Source: Myxococcota bacterium
GTDB lineage: Bacteria; Myxococcota_A; UBA796; SXON01
Direction of reading: 5' to 3'
Assembly: GCA_040386535.1 (NCBI GenBank)
Contig: JAZKFH010000047.1
Coordinates: forward strand, 32,001-96,000
Length of the DNA: 64,000 nt
The notes under the pieces were generated by a model. The model was not told the DNA's origin, ran no database searches, and saw only the letters and a program-made list of their open reading frames with translations. This document shows, one piece after another, positions 32,275 to 43,159 of this stretch (the stretch's first letter is position 1; every line of letters starts with the position of its first letter). Made by a program: the position numbers and the translations under genes.

Positions 32275-33632
32275 CAGGAACCCCACGCCGGCCAGCTCGC
32301 CGGCAGGAACCGCAGCATGAGGACGAGCAGGATTCCGGTCACGACGACGGTGGCGCCCAGGCGCGCGGGGCTGGCCCGCAACGCCGCCCACGCGCCCCGC
32401 GGGTTGGCCAGGAGCGCGCCCGCGAACACCATCCACAGCGGCTCCAGCGGCACGCGGTAACGCGTCAGACCCGCCAGGAGCGTGATGGCGCCGACGTGGT
32501 AGAGCACGACCAGCCCCGCGGTGACGCTGTACCAGCCCTTGCCGCGGGCCCCGATGCCGAGCGTGCCGCCCACCAGCGTCACGAAGGAGAAGGCGACGAC
32601 GAGGCCGATGAGCGCCTCGTCCACGGCGTCCGGCAGGCCCCGCCACCGGCCCCAGCGCAGGTGGCGCGTGAGGAAGCTGTGAGGCGCCACGAGCTGGGCG
32701 GCGCGCTCGGGCATGCGCGCCACGAACTCCGTCGGGTTCGCGAGGATCCACGCCTTGCCCTGGGCGACCTCGCACGCGTCCTGCGCGATGGGGTCCTTCG
32801 CGTGCGGGCAGTGCTTGCGGCCCTGGCTGGTCACCTTGTCGTAGGCGCGCTTGGAGAGCGTGCCGTTCCCCCAGTCGAACGTCATCGGGGGGAAGTCGTT
32901 GTTGCCGAGCCACATCATCTGGCCGAGCGTGCGGTCGGACACGACGAGACCGTCGAACTTGTGGGTGGCGTAGGCGCTGTAGGGCGCCACGGTGAGCGCC
33001 GCCGCGAGCATGCACCCGACGGCCCCGGCCCACGCCCGCCGTTCGCGCCAGCGGCCCCACAACAGCGCGATGGCGAAGATCGGCAGCATGTAGGTGGCGA
33101 CGCCGCGGAAGAGCACGCACAGGCCCGCGAGCACCCCCGGGGCCCAGCCGCGGTCCGCGCCGCCGCCGCGGGCCCAGCGCAGGGCGAGCAGCGCGGCGAG
33201 CAGGAGCCCGGAGTAGAGGATCTCGCTCCACACGCTCCCCGTGTAGAACACGAGGGTGGGGGAGAGCGTGTAGGTCCACGCGGCGATGCGGGCGGCGGCT
33301 TTTCCGTACTCACCGTCGGTGAGCTCGTAGAGCATGCCGATGCTCGCGAGCGCGACGGCGAGCTGCGACACCTGGACCGCGCCGGGAAAGCCGAAGACCA
33401 GCCCGTGCAGGGCCATGAGCGTGGGGTAGGCGGGCGCCCACAACCAGCCGTTGGTGCCGATCATGCCCTCCCCGTCCATGATCGAGCGCGCGATCTCCTC
33501 GTAGGTGCACTCGTCGCGCACGCACGGCTTGTCGATCCAGACCAGCATCGGGACCACGCGCAGGAGGAACCCCACCACGATGGCCCACACCAGCACGTGG
33601 TCCTGCCGGAGCAGGCGCAGGCGTGCGATCAC
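32271..33632 (-). CDS. ArnT/GT39-like membrane glycosyltransferase
   Basis: DECTYEEIA, APAYP, WSE, MWLGNN, RYRVPLEP. Multiple TM segments. Confidence 0.75.
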   Translation of the reverse strand: MIARLRLLRQDHVLVWAIVVGFLLRVVPMLVWIDKPCVRDECTYEEIARSIMDGEGMIGTNGWLWAPAYPTLMALHGLVFGFPGAVQVSQLAVALASIGMLYELTDGEYGKAAARIAAWTYTLSPTLVFYTGSVWSEILYSGLLLAALLALRWARGGGADRGWAPGVLAGLCVLFRGVATYMLPIFAIALLWGRWRERRAWAGAVGCMLAAALTVAPYSAYATHKFDGLVVSDRTLGQMMWLGNNDFPPMTFDWGNGTLSKRAYDKVTSQGRKHCPHAKDPIAQDACEVAQGKAWILANPTEFVARMPERAAQLVAPHSFLTRHLRWGRWRGLPDAVDEALIGLVVAFSFVTLVGGTLGIGARGKGWYSVTAGLVVLYHVGAITLLAGLTRYRVPLEPLWMVFAGALLANPRGAWAALRASPARLGATVVVTGILLVLMLRFLPASWPAWGSW

Positions 33633-33782
33633 CGCGCCTCCGAGGGCGGGCTCGACAATTCGGGACGAAGCGCGCGGACCTCGGGCGCATCGGGATGATC
33701 GCGGAGGCGGGCCACCACTGCCGGCATGCCGAGGCCCCTAACGCGTGCCGCTCCGTGGATCCGTGCCTAGTCCTGGCACACG

Positions 33783-34793
33783 ATGCTCGCGTACCTTCTC
33801 TCGTTGTACTTCTTCGTCGGCGCCGCCCTGGCGGGGCCCACCTGGCAGGCCGCGCCCACGCCGATCGTGGAGCGCCCCGCCGTCACCGCGCCCGCGGGCG
33901 GATGGTGGACCGAGGACGGGCAATATGCCCGGGTCCACGGGGGTGGCGCCGACGTCGTCACCACCCGGCGCCTCGCCGATCACGCGGCGACCGCCGTCCC
34001 CCGGATCGCCCACCGGCTCGGCGTGCCCGCCGGCGGCACGATCGACATCTACCTCGCGCCCACCCAGGCCGACTTCGAGCGGATCCAGCCCAACGCCCCG
34101 CCCGACTGGGCCGACGGCACCGCGTGGCCCCGGTGGGGGATGATCTTCCTGCGCGCCCCTTCGGCCCGGCCCGGCACCGCCGAGCGGCTCGAGCAGGTGC
34201 TGGATCACGAGGTCGTGCACGTGCTGGTCGGCCGCGCCTTCGCGCCGCGCACGCCGCCGCGCTGGCTCCAGGAGGGCCTCGCCCAGTTCTACAGCGGCGA
34301 GCTCGGCCCCAAGGTCAGCGAGGACCTCACGAGCGTGCTGTTCGGCCGCGACGAGCTGTTCTCCCTGACCCAGCTCTCCTCCGGCTTCCACGGCAACGCG
34401 GTCCAGGCCCACCACGCCTACGCCGCGGCGGCCGACTTCATCGGGTACCTCGGCACCGAGTACGGCGAGGACGCGGTCAAGGGCCTCATCAACGAGATGG
34501 CCGGGGGCGCCGGCTTCGCCGACGCGCTCGCCACGGTCACCGGGAGCGACATCGCGACGGTCGAGGCGGGTTGGCGCGGCCGGTGGAGCGATCCGGCGCT
34601 GCTCGTCAAGGCCGTCGCCACGACCGACCTGTTGTGGGCTTCGGGCGGCATCCTTCTGGCCCTCGGCGCGTGGCGGGCGCGCCGCCGCACCCAGAAGAAG
34701 CTGGCGCGCTGGGAGGAGGAGGAGGAGTGGCTCCGGAAGATGCAGGCGCGTTTGCAGGAGGCGCCCGAGGACCGTCGCTGGTCCGTGAACTGA
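33783..34793 (+). CDS. Peptidase MA-clan zinc metalloprotease-like protein, C-terminal TM anchor
   Basis: HEVVH plus PRWLQEGLAQF (gluzincin-type). Signal peptide. Confidence 0.85.
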   Translation: MLAYLLSLYFFVGAALAGPTWQAAPTPIVERPAVTAPAGGWWTEDGQYARVHGGGADVVTTRRLADHAATAVPRIAHRLGVPAGGTIDIYLAPTQADFERIQPNAPPDWADGTAWPRWGMIFLRAPSARPGTAERLEQVLDHEVVHVLVGRAFAPRTPPRWLQEGLAQFYSGELGPKVSEDLTSVLFGRDELFSLTQLSSGFHGNAVQAHHAYAAAADFIGYLGTEYGEDAVKGLINEMAGGAGFADALATVTGSDIATVEAGWRGRWSDPALLVKAVATTDLLWASGGILLALGAWRARRRTQKKLARWEEEEEWLRKMQARLQEAPEDRRWSVN

Positions 34794-34836
34794 GCGTGTC
34801 CGGGCGTTAGGCGGGAGGCTCCGCTGGAGCCCTCCC

Positions 34837-36039
34837 GTGCACCTCTCCGAACGCGCCCTCGTCATCCAGGAATCGGCCATCCGAAAGCTCGACGCCGCGG
34901 TCGCGCGGGCGGTCGGCGTGCACTTCCACCGGCTCAACATCGGCCAGCCCGACGTGCCGACGCCGCGCCCGGTGATGGACGCGCTCGCCAAGGAGGACGG
35001 GCCGGTGCTCGCCTACGGCCCCGCGTCGGGCCTCCCCGAGTGCCGCGCCGCCGCCGCCGCCTTCCACGCCAAGGCGAGCCCCGGCATCGGCCCCGAGCAT
35101 GTCGTCGTGACGCAGGGCGGCTCCGAGGCGCTGCTGTTCGCGATGACGGCGCTGTGTGACCCGGGCGACGAGATCCTCGTGCCCGAGCCGTACTACACCA
35201 ACTACAACGGGTTCGCGACGGTCGCCGCGGCCAAGGTCGTGCCGCTCCGCACCCGCCTCGAGGACGGCTTCGCCATCCCCCCGGACGACGTGCTCGACGC
35301 CGCCCTGACCCCGCGCACGCGCATGTTCCTCTTCGCCAACCCGGGCAACCCCACGGGCGCCGTGTACGGCGGCGACGAGCTTCGGCGCGTCGCGCGCTGG
35401 GCCAAGCGCAACAACATCTGGCTCGTGGCGGACGAGGTGTACCGGGCCATCTGGTTCAAGGAGGCGCCGCTCTCCGCGCTCCAGCTCGCCGGGCACGAGG
35501 ATCACGTGATCCTCATCGACTCGACCTCGAAGACCTTCTCCGCGTGTGGCCTCCGCGTCGGGTTCCTCGTCTCGCGCAACCTCGCGCTGATGGAGCGCAT
35601 CGAGCGCCTGGGCCAGGCCCGCCTCGGCCCGCAGCCCCGCGGTCAGCGCGCCGCCATCGCCGCGTTGACGCTGCCCGAGAGCTACTACGAGGAGGTCCGC
35701 GCCGCCTACCGCAACCGGGTGGACGCGATGATGGACAGCCTCGCGCAGATCCCCGGCGTCACGTTCCACCGCCCCGAAGGCGCGTTCTACACGATGGCGC
35801 GCCTCCCGGTGGACGACACCGAGCGTTTTGCCCGCTTCCTCGTCGAGGAATTCCGGGACCGCTCGAGCGGCCAGGAGGAGAGCGTGGTCGTGGCGCCCGG
35901 GCCCGGCTTCTACGCCAACCCGCGCGACGGCCGCGACGAGATCCGCCTCGCCGCCGTGCGCGAGGAGAAGGTGCTCCGCCGCGCGATCGAGGTGCTCGGG
36001 CGCGGGCTCGAGACCTACCGCGGGATGACAGCGGGGTAG
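34837..36039 (+). CDS. PLP-dependent aminotransferase class I/II (AspC-like)
   Basis: LNIGQPD, NPGNPTG, ADEVY, DSTSKTFSACGLRVG, PEGAFY. Confidence 0.93.
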   Translation: MHLSERALVIQESAIRKLDAAVARAVGVHFHRLNIGQPDVPTPRPVMDALAKEDGPVLAYGPASGLPECRAAAAAFHAKASPGIGPEHVVVTQGGSEALLFAMTALCDPGDEILVPEPYYTNYNGFATVAAAKVVPLRTRLEDGFAIPPDDVLDAALTPRTRMFLFANPGNPTGAVYGGDELRRVARWAKRNNIWLVADEVYRAIWFKEAPLSALQLAGHEDHVILIDSTSKTFSACGLRVGFLVSRNLALMERIERLGQARLGPQPRGQRAAIAALTLPESYYEEVRAAYRNRVDAMMDSLAQIPGVTFHRPEGAFYTMARLPVDDTERFARFLVEEFRDRSSGQEESVVVAPGPGFYANPRDGRDEIRLAAVREEKVLRRAIEVLGRGLETYRGMTAG

Positions 36040-36054
36040 GCCCGCGACGACCGC

Positions 36055-36098
36055 AAAAACAGGCGGGCCCCCGTCCGGCGTGTCCGGAGGGGGGCCCG
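36055..36098 (-). terminator. Intrinsic terminator between convergent genes
   Basis: Stem CGGGCCCCC..TCCGG/CCGGA..GGGGGCCCG. AAAAAC at 36055 gives a U-tract on the minus strand. Confidence 0.7.
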
Positions 36099-36117
36099 TC
36101 GCTTCGAGGCGCGACCG

Positions 36118-36693
36118 CTAGTAGTAGCAGGTGCTCCCGTCCCAGTAGCCGACGAGGTTCGCGTCGTAGATGTCGAGGTCGTACGACATGCCGGTCGCGA
36201 CGACGTAGGCGTCGGTGAAGCCGCAGTCGCCGTACTCGTCGACGAATGCGGTCTGCCAGTACACGCCGGACTCGATGTAGTAGGTCTCCGAGTCGCCGTA
36301 GCCGAGGTCGTTCCCCTCGAGCATCTCGTAGTAGTAGCCGCTCGAGACGTCGTACTGCACGACGTAGATGATGTCGTAGGACGCCCAGCTGGTCACCGAG
36401 AGGGACGCGTAGTCCACGTCGGTGTCGGTGTCCGCGTCGGTATCCGCGTCCGTGTCGGCGTCGGTGTCCGCGTCGGAGTCGGCGTCGGAGTCGGCATCGG
36501 AGTCCGCGTCCGAGTCGGCATCGGAGTCCGCGTCGGAGTCGGCATCGGAGTCCGCGTCCGAGTCGGCATCGGAGTCCGCGTCCGAGTCCGCGTCGGTGTC
36601 GGCGTCGGCTTCTTCTTCGTCGCCGTCCTTCTCGGGAATGAAGAGGGAACAGCCGCCGAGGAGCAGCAGGGAGGTGAGCGAGAGGATGCGCAT
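36118..36693 (-). CDS. Lipoprotein with (DADS/DADT)n acidic linker and Tyr-rich C-terminal domain
   Basis: Lipobox [21 protein letters not shown] and a tandem 12-nt repeat. Confidence 0.85.
   Translation of the reverse strand: MRILSLTSLLLLGGCSLFIPEKDGDEEEADADTDADSDADSDADSDADSDADSDADSDADSDADSDADSDADSDADTDADTDADTDADTDTDVDYASLSVTSWASYDIIYVVQYDVSSGYYYEMLEGNDLGYGDSETYYIESGVYWQTAFVDEYGDCGFTDAYVVATGMSYDLDIYDANLVGYWDGSTCYY
36420..36610 (-). repeat. Coding 12-bp tandem repeat (Asp-Ala-Asp-Ser/Thr)
   Basis: About 15 units of GAC GCG/GCC GAC TCC/ACC with synonymous variation. Confidence 0.9.
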
Positions 36694-36770
36694 GGGGTCT
36701 CCAGCGAGGGGGGGGCGGGTGCGGGCGGGCGTATAGCACAGGTTCAGCCGTAGTCGCGACTTTCCGTGTG

Positions 36771-38369
36771 CTACCAGAGCGCGTACACCACGACCCGCTC
36801 GTCCTCCGCGATGGGCGCGAACGCGCGCCGGATGCCGGTCCACGCGGTCACGAAGCTCTCGTCCATGAGCATGTTCTTGTGGAGCACGACGTACCGGACG
36901 CCCGCTGTGCGCGCGACCTCCACGAAGGCGGGCTTGTCGATCTCGCCCGACCGGAGCCGGCGCCCCGCCGCCACGACCTGGAGGCCCACGCGGTTGATGC
37001 CGCTGTTGAGCGAGCCGGCGACGGGCTTCTCGTGGAGGGTCTGCTCGAACAGGAAGTTGCGGCCGGCGAGCACCGGCAGGTTCACGACGAAACCCTCCGG
37101 CTGGTCGGCCAGGACCTGCACGGCGCCGGGCTCCTGGAGGGGGGTGATGGCCGGCAGATCGCGCGCCGGGGACACGAGCAGCACCTCGGCGAGCACGAGC
37201 AGGGCCCACGCCGGGCGCGCGCGGTCGGCGAGGACGGCGAGGAGCAGCGCGGACACCGTCGCGAGGCGGTACAGCAGGGAGAGGGAGGCGAAGCCGGGGA
37301 GGCCCTCCACGAGCGCGTAGGGCAGCGGCAGGGCGCGGCCGGCGACGTTGAGCGGGAACCCGTCGATGACGACGACGGGACCGAGCGCGAGCACGAGGCC
37401 GCCGGCGAAGGCGACCCACAACGCGCGCCGCCGGCCGTGGCGGGCCGCGAGGAGCAAGAGGGCCACGCCGAGGTAGGCGGTGTGGACACGATCGGAGGGG
37501 TTGCCCTCGATGGCGGCGAAGTCGGGCGAGCGGAAGTCGCCGGGGAGGACGAACACGCGCGGGTCGGCCCCGCCGAGCGTCCGCCGGATCCGCGCGAGGT
37601 CTTCGGGGTTCTTGATGTCGACCAGGCCGTCGGGCGCCTCGGCCACCGACCGCACCGCGCCCGCGAGGGGGAGGGTGAGGGCGAGGCCGAGCGCGAGCGC
37701 CGGGAGCAGGCGCAGGAGCACGGCGCGCCGCGGCACCCCCTCCCAGCCGAAGAGCAGGATGGCGACGGCGACGAGGAACGCGCCCACGCCGGCGTACCAG
37801 CCGGAGAACGCGACGAGGAACAACGCGAGGCCGGCGAGCACGCTGCGCCCGGCCCCGGCGAGGCCGCCACCGCGCTCGACGGCGTTCACCATCGCCAGGA
37901 CGGCGAGCGGCAGGAGGCCGGCGCTGATCGTCTCGCTCGAGCCGTTGTGTACGTGGGAGAGCACGAGCGGGGCGCACTGGAACCCGATCCCCGCGACCCA
38001 GCCGCCGCCGCCGAGCCGCCGCCCAAGCCAGTGCGCGGCCACACCCGCGAGCCAGAGGTGCCCGATCACGAGGATGGCGTAGGCGGTGACCTCGCCGAAG
38101 GCGGCGACGAGCGGGAAGCCGAGCAGGGCGTTGAGCGGATCCGCGATGACGATGCGGCCGCCGCCGGGCGGATCGAGCAGGGTGGTGAACACCGGCAGCT
38201 CGCCGCGCGCCAGCCCCTGGTGGGCGAACCACAGGTTCCACAACGAGTTGAACGCGTCGGTGCGCACGCCGCCGGCGACGAGGCGCGACGGATCGGCGGC
38301 GAGGGGCCACGTCAGGGCGATGGCGCTGCCCAGGTAGGCGACCGCCGCTATGAAGGGCGAGGCAGCCAC
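36771..38369 (-). CDS. Polytopic membrane protein, probable GT-C-type (start 38369 or 38468)
   Basis: [35 protein letters not shown]. Many TM segments. Confidence 0.65.
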   Translation of the reverse strand: MAASPFIAAVAYLGSAIALTWPLAADPSRLVAGGVRTDAFNSLWNLWFAHQGLARGELPVFTTLLDPPGGGRIVIADPLNALLGFPLVAAFGEVTAYAILVIGHLWLAGVAAHWLGRRLGGGGWVAGIGFQCAPLVLSHVHNGSSETISAGLLPLAVLAMVNAVERGGGLAGAGRSVLAGLALFLVAFSGWYAGVGAFLVAVAILLFGWEGVPRRAVLLRLLPALALGLALTLPLAGAVRSVAEAPDGLVDIKNPEDLARIRRTLGGADPRVFVLPGDFRSPDFAAIEGNPSDRVHTAYLGVALLLLAARHGRRRALWVAFAGGLVLALGPVVVIDGFPLNVAGRALPLPYALVEGLPGFASLSLLYRLATVSALLLAVLADRARPAWALLVLAEVLLVSPARDLPAITPLQEPGAVQVLADQPEGFVVNLPVLAGRNFLFEQTLHEKPVAGSLNSGINRVGLQVVAAGRRLRSGEIDKPAFVEVARTAGVRYVVLHKNMLMDESFVTAWTGIRRAFAPIAEDERVVVYALW

Positions 38370-38385
38370 ACGGAGCAGCGGGTGG

Positions 38386-38447
38386 CGGGGGTCCAGGGGG
38401 GCCGCTGGCCCCCCTGGCGGGGCGTTGCGGGGCAGAGCCCCGCCCCA
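38386..38447 (-). repeat. ~60-bp GC-rich REP-like dispersed element, copy 2
   Basis: Reverse complement TGGGGCGGGGCTCTGCCCCGCAACGCCCCGCCAGGGGGGCCAGCGGCCCCCCTGGACCCCCG matches 10403-10461. Confidence 0.75.
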
Positions 38448-38464
38448 GGAAGCGTCCGGAGAGC

Positions 38465-40210
38465 TCACTTCTCCCGAGGCGGCATCGGCAGCGCGCGGGG
38501 CTCGCCACCCCCGCTCCCGGCGACCTCGAGCTCCGTGATCAGCACGGAGGGCACGTCCCAGGTGACGGTGAGGCCGCCGGTGGGGCCGATCTGGTAGCGG
38601 CCGGGGCCGGGCGGGCCGTCGAGCATGTCGACCGGGCCGGTGTTGGCGCCGGCGAGCGCGATGTCGCGGAGCACGCGGCGATCGACGCCGGAGAAGTGCA
38701 CCGAGCGGACGGGCACGGTGCGGCCGTCGTTGTAGAGGCGGTAGGCCTCGTAGGGCGGCGTGAGGCCGGACATGGCGCCCTCGCCGGAGATGCCGACCTC
38801 GAGGCTCTCCACCAGCGCCGGCGGGGTGAGCGCGCGGATGACGAGCAGGTAGTCGCGGCCGGTCTGCGCGGCGAGGCGGAGGCCGGTGCGCCGCAGGCGG
38901 GCGTCGGGCACGCTCCGACGCGGCGTGATCGTGACGACCGCGGGCACGGCGCTGCGCCGCTCCGCGCCGAGCGATCGGCCGTGGCCGGTGCTGCCCGCGA
39001 TGTCCTTGCGGGGGATGCGGGACATCAGGAGGCGACGGAGCACGCCGTCCTCCACGAGCTCGACCCGCTGGGGCGCGACGCCCTCCTGGTCGTACGCGTA
39101 GCGGCCGAGCACGTCGGCCTCGGTGGTGGGATCGTCGACCATCGACCAGCCCTCGGGGAGAAGGCGGCGGCCGATGCGGGCCGAGGGGGCAGCGCCCATG
39201 TCGACCATGCCGCCGGTGTCCTCCTCCATCGGCGGGGTGCCGACGACCTCAGCGGAGAGGAGCTGCGAGAACAGCTCGATGGCGGCGGGGCCCTCGAACA
39301 GCACGGGCCCCAGGTAGTCCTCCTCGACGGGCGCGGCGCGGAGCGAGGTGAGCCACTCGCCCAGGGTGCGGACCTCGGCCACGAGGGCCTCCGCGGCGGG
39401 GAGATCCGCGAGGTCACGGGCGAGCCAGCTGCGCGAGTCGGTCACGGTCGAGCCGTCGGGCAGCCGGGTGGTGCCCTCGACGCGGAGGATCGTGTAGCCG
39501 GTGGGGGTCCAGAGCCGCGTGCCCTCGCTGGTGAGGACGAGGCGCTGGCCCTGCCAGTCGCGCGCGATGGCCTGACTGATCTCGACGCCGCCGAACGTGG
39601 CGAGCTCGGCGGAGAGCCGCGAGACGAGGGCCTCGACCGCGGCGCGATCGGTCAGGGCGGCGGCGGGCGCCGGGAGGGTTGCGACGACGGGGGGCGCCGC
39701 GGTCCAGTCGGGCGGGCGCGGCGTGGAGTCGTCGCGACGCGAGGCGGTCTTGCGGGAGTGTTGCTCGACCGCGTATTTGTAGGCGGCGTCCGTCGCGAGC
39801 CAGATCTCACGGCGGAGGGCCACCTGGGCGTCCTCGACCGGGAGGCGGCGCTGCACGACACCGTCGGGCTCGCCGAACGCGCGGAAGTTGGACGAGTCGA
39901 ACGTCGCGTCGCCCACGCGCACTTCCACCCGGAGGTTGCGGTAGGGATCGGCGCCGGTGGACACCAGGGCGCCCTGCTCGGCGAACGCGTCGATCACGCG
40001 GCCGTCGAGCACGTCGTAGGCGATGAGGTAGGGCGCGGGCGCGTCGGGGAGGCGCAGGCCACCCATGGCGCGGGTGAGCTCGGCGGCGACGGCGGTCTCG
40101 ATCGCGGAGGGGGCGGCGGGCGCGGCGGGCGCGGTGCGCACGGGCTCCTCGTAGGGGAGCTCGACCGAGTCGGCGTGGGCCGGGCCCAGGGCGAGGAGGA
40201 GCAGGGTCAT
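38465..40210 (-). CDS. TldE/PmbA-like protein (no HExxxH), exported
   Basis: [41 protein letters not shown]. Signal peptide. Confidence 0.8.
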   Translation of the reverse strand: MTLLLLALGPAHADSVELPYEEPVRTAPAAPAAPSAIETAVAAELTRAMGGLRLPDAPAPYLIAYDVLDGRVIDAFAEQGALVSTGADPYRNLRVEVRVGDATFDSSNFRAFGEPDGVVQRRLPVEDAQVALRREIWLATDAAYKYAVEQHSRKTASRRDDSTPRPPDWTAAPPVVATLPAPAAALTDRAAVEALVSRLSAELATFGGVEISQAIARDWQGQRLVLTSEGTRLWTPTGYTILRVEGTTRLPDGSTVTDSRSWLARDLADLPAAEALVAEVRTLGEWLTSLRAAPVEEDYLGPVLFEGPAAIELFSQLLSAEVVGTPPMEEDTGGMVDMGAAPSARIGRRLLPEGWSMVDDPTTEADVLGRYAYDQEGVAPQRVELVEDGVLRRLLMSRIPRKDIAGSTGHGRSLGAERRSAVPAVVTITPRRSVPDARLRRTGLRLAAQTGRDYLLVIRALTPPALVESLEVGISGEGAMSGLTPPYEAYRLYNDGRTVPVRSVHFSGVDRRVLRDIALAGANTGPVDMLDGPPGPGRYQIGPTGGLTVTWDVPSVLITELEVAGSGGGEPRALPMPPREK

Positions 40211-42009
40211 GGCGACACCTCCGGCGCGATCAGCAACGGAGGCCGGTCGTTCTCTTTTTCGTGGCGCTGCACCTCGACCTCGCCGATGAGGAGGCTCGGG
40301 GAGGACGCGGACACCGGCACCCAGCCGCTCTCGGCGCCACACATGCCGTTGAACACGTCGCGATCGTCAGCCGCGGCGAGGATGCGCGCGAAGGTGGTGA
40401 GCGGGGTGCCGATGAGGTCGACGCCGCGCACGAGCTGGTCGGGCCGGCCGTCGGGAAACACCTTCCACACGGTCACCGGCTGGACGCTGAACGCGTTGAC
40501 CTCGGCGCGGCCGGTGAAGGTGAAGCCGCCCGAGATGTCGTCGAACACGAGGCCGAAGGGCTTGCCCTGCTTGCGCACCTCGTCGAGGAGCTTCGCGCGG
40601 AGCGTCGCGTACGGGACGGACGTGTGGGCCTCGACCATGAGGTTGCCCTGCCGCGCCACCACCGCGCTGCCCGGCTGGCGGCGGCCGTGGCCGTTGGAGC
40701 TCGGGAAGTTGGCGATGGGCGAGCGCGAGAGCAGGAAGTTGCGCAGCACGCCGCGCTCCACGAGGCTCACGCGTTGCGACGGCACGCCCTCGTCGTCGAA
40801 GCGGTAGGCGCCGTTCAGATCGACGCCGCCGATGTTGGCGAGGGTCGGATCGTCCACCACCGAGAGGAACGGCGGCAGGATCGCCTGGCCGACGCGGGAG
40901 GTGAAGGTCTGACCTTCATCCTCGTCCTTCTGGCGGTGGCCCTCGACGCGGTGGCCGAAGATCTCGTGGAAGAACACACCGGCGGCGCGCCCGCGCAGGA
41001 TCGCGGGGCCGGCGTAGGGCTCGACGAGGGGGGCGTCCCGCAGCTCGGTGAGGCGCTCGGCCGCGCCCTGCACCATCGCGAGCAGGCGCGCGCGGTCGGG
41101 CAGATGATCGATCGAGGCCACGTCCACATAGTCGTAGACCTGGAGCTTCATCCCGTCCGCCGCGGTCGTGGTGGCCCACGTGGCGACGCGGAGGTGATGG
41201 CTGCCGTCGGCGATGCGCGTGCCCTCGTTCGTCGCGAGCCAGCGGCGCTGGTCGGTCGCCACGATCTGCACGGCGCTGTCGTGGACGCCGGGGTACTTCA
41301 GGTAGAGCGCGGAGGCGTCCCGCACCCAGGCGGCCCAGGTGACCTCGTCGAGGGCGAGGACCGGGCGGGGCGTGAGCGAGACCGGGGTGGGCGCCACGGA
41401 GAAGTCGTCCGAGCGATCCTCGCGCTCGACCTTGACCGCGGTGTTGGCCCGCACCTTGATGAGCCGGCGGCGGGCGCCGCGGTACATGTCGTCCGTGCCG
41501 CGCAGGAGCAGCTCGTAGAGCGCCGTGCTCCCGCCGGACCCGCCGCCGTCGACGAGGGGCGCCACGAGGGTCGGGCGTTGCTCCTCGGACCACCACGACG
41601 CGTCGCGGATCTTGTGGGTGTTGTCGAGCGTGCGCGAGCCGACCCGCACGTCGACGTCGGCGATGCGGCCATGCTCGTGGGACGCGCCCGCGGTGGCGCC
41701 GTGGGTGCCCTGGAGGGTCACCGAGCGGCGATCCGTGAGGGCGTACGCCACGTGGTACGCGCCGTCCGCGCCGCTCCCGAGGTGCTGCTGCACGTAGGCG
41801 AGCGCGCGCTCCATCGTGGGGAGCGGGCTCTCCTGCGCGGTCGCCCCGGTTTGCGCCGCCGCCCCGGTTTGCGCCGCTGCTGACGGGCCCGCCGCCGGCG
41901 TCGTTTCCGCGCGGGTCAGGGGGGCGAGGAGGGCGAGCGCGACGGCACACGCCGCGAGAGGAAGCCCGCGACGAACCACGGGCAAGAGCGATGTAAGAGG
42001 AGTTCTCAT
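40207..42009 (-). CDS. TldD-like metalloprotease, exported
   Basis: FFHEIFGHRVEG, DDPT, FDDEGV, SNGHGR, RQGNL, GMCG. Signal peptide. Confidence 0.88.
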   Translation of the reverse strand: MRTPLTSLLPVVRRGLPLAACAVALALLAPLTRAETTPAAGPSAAAQTGAAAQTGATAQESPLPTMERALAYVQQHLGSGADGAYHVAYALTDRRSVTLQGTHGATAGASHEHGRIADVDVRVGSRTLDNTHKIRDASWWSEEQRPTLVAPLVDGGGSGGSTALYELLLRGTDDMYRGARRRLIKVRANTAVKVEREDRSDDFSVAPTPVSLTPRPVLALDEVTWAAWVRDASALYLKYPGVHDSAVQIVATDQRRWLATNEGTRIADGSHHLRVATWATTTAADGMKLQVYDYVDVASIDHLPDRARLLAMVQGAAERLTELRDAPLVEPYAGPAILRGRAAGVFFHEIFGHRVEGHRQKDEDEGQTFTSRVGQAILPPFLSVVDDPTLANIGGVDLNGAYRFDDEGVPSQRVSLVERGVLRNFLLSRSPIANFPSSNGHGRRQPGSAVVARQGNLMVEAHTSVPYATLRAKLLDEVRKQGKPFGLVFDDISGGFTFTGRAEVNAFSVQPVTVWKVFPDGRPDQLVRGVDLIGTPLTTFARILAAADDRDVFNGMCGAESGWVPVSASSPSLLIGEVEVQRHEKENDRPPLLIAPEVSP

Positions 42010-42055
42010 CCGACCCGGGCGCCTCGTCCCCTATCCTGACACCGTGATGGGTGGA

Positions 42056-43120
42056 ATGTTCTGGATCGGCCTTCTCGCGTGCGTGGTGGCGCCGCCCGTG
42101 GTCGCGCCCGCCCGCCCCACGCTCGGGGTCGCGGTGCCCCTGACGGGCCCCGACGCGGCGCTCGGGGTGGCCGCGCTCGACGGCGTGGCGCTCGCCGCGG
42201 GCGCGGACGTCGACGTGCTCGCGGTGGACGACACGGTGCCCGGGGCCGTCGAACGGCTCGCCCAATCGCCCGACGTCTTTGGGGTCGTGGCGCACGTCAC
42301 GCGCGGCACCGCCGAGCGCACCGCGCCCGCGTGGCTCCTCACCGACCTCCCCGTGGTGACCGCCGCCCCGGGCGCCTACGCCGGCCTCGCGCGGGTGGTG
42401 CCGCCGATCGAGCAGAGCGCGCGGTGCGCGGGCATGTTCCTCGACACGAACTTCTGGGTGCGGACCGACGGCTCGCCGAGCGGCATGGCGGCCGGCAAGA
42501 CGCTGCTCGACGCGGTGCCCGAGTACGCGATCGGCATGGACACGGTAGACCCCGCGCACGTGGCGAGCCAGGCCGCCAAGATGGCGGGCCGCCGCGCCAC
42601 CGTCACGTGGACCGGCGACGCGGGAGCCGGCGGAAACTATCTGCGCGCCCTGCGGACGACGGGCTCGGCCGCGCCCTTCCTCGGGGTCGGCCTGTACGAC
42701 CACCGCTTCCTCGCGGCGGCCGGCGCGGCGGCGGAGGGGGCACGGGTGACGAGCCTCGGGCGCCCGGCGCGGGACCGCGCGTTCGTGGACGCGTTCATGG
42801 CGAAGCGGGGCATTCCGCCCACCGGCCCCGCGGTCGACGGCTACGAGGCGGCCACGCTGCTGGTCGCGGCGTGGCGGGCGGCCGGAAAGGTTCAGGTGGA
42901 CGCGGGCGCGGCGGCCGAACGCACGAAGGTCCGTGTCGCGCTCGGCACCGTGGTGGCCGACGGCGCGAACGGGCCGATGTACCTCGGCTCGGACGGCGTG
43001 CTCCTGCCCGTGGTGTGCGCGACCTTCGTGGTGAAGGACGGCGCGTTCACCGTGGAGCGGATCGCGTCCGAGGCGGACCTGCTGACCGAGCCGACAGAGG
43101 AGCCCGGACCGAAACGTTAG
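42056..43120 (+). CDS. Periplasmic-binding-protein type 1 (LivK-like) lipoprotein (start 42044-42056)
   Basis: GVAVPLTGPDAALG, AGAAAEGA, GYEAA..L, GANG. Lipobox LLAC. Confidence 0.75.
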   Translation: MFWIGLLACVVAPPVVAPARPTLGVAVPLTGPDAALGVAALDGVALAAGADVDVLAVDDTVPGAVERLAQSPDVFGVVAHVTRGTAERTAPAWLLTDLPVVTAAPGAYAGLARVVPPIEQSARCAGMFLDTNFWVRTDGSPSGMAAGKTLLDAVPEYAIGMDTVDPAHVASQAAKMAGRRATVTWTGDAGAGGNYLRALRTTGSAAPFLGVGLYDHRFLAAAGAAAEGARVTSLGRPARDRAFVDAFMAKRGIPPTGPAVDGYEAATLLVAAWRAAGKVQVDAGAAAERTKVRVALGTVVADGANGPMYLGSDGVLLPVVCATFVVKDGAFTVERIASEADLLTEPTEEPGPKR

Positions 43121-43159
43121 GCCTCTTCGGCTCCTACGCGTCCGGCCGGGCCGCCCCGA

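Noticed and set aside
33529..36942. Isolated TTGTCGATC copies at 33529 and 36934
   Set aside because: Single sites inside CDSs, explained by Ile-Asp-Lys codons on the minus strand.
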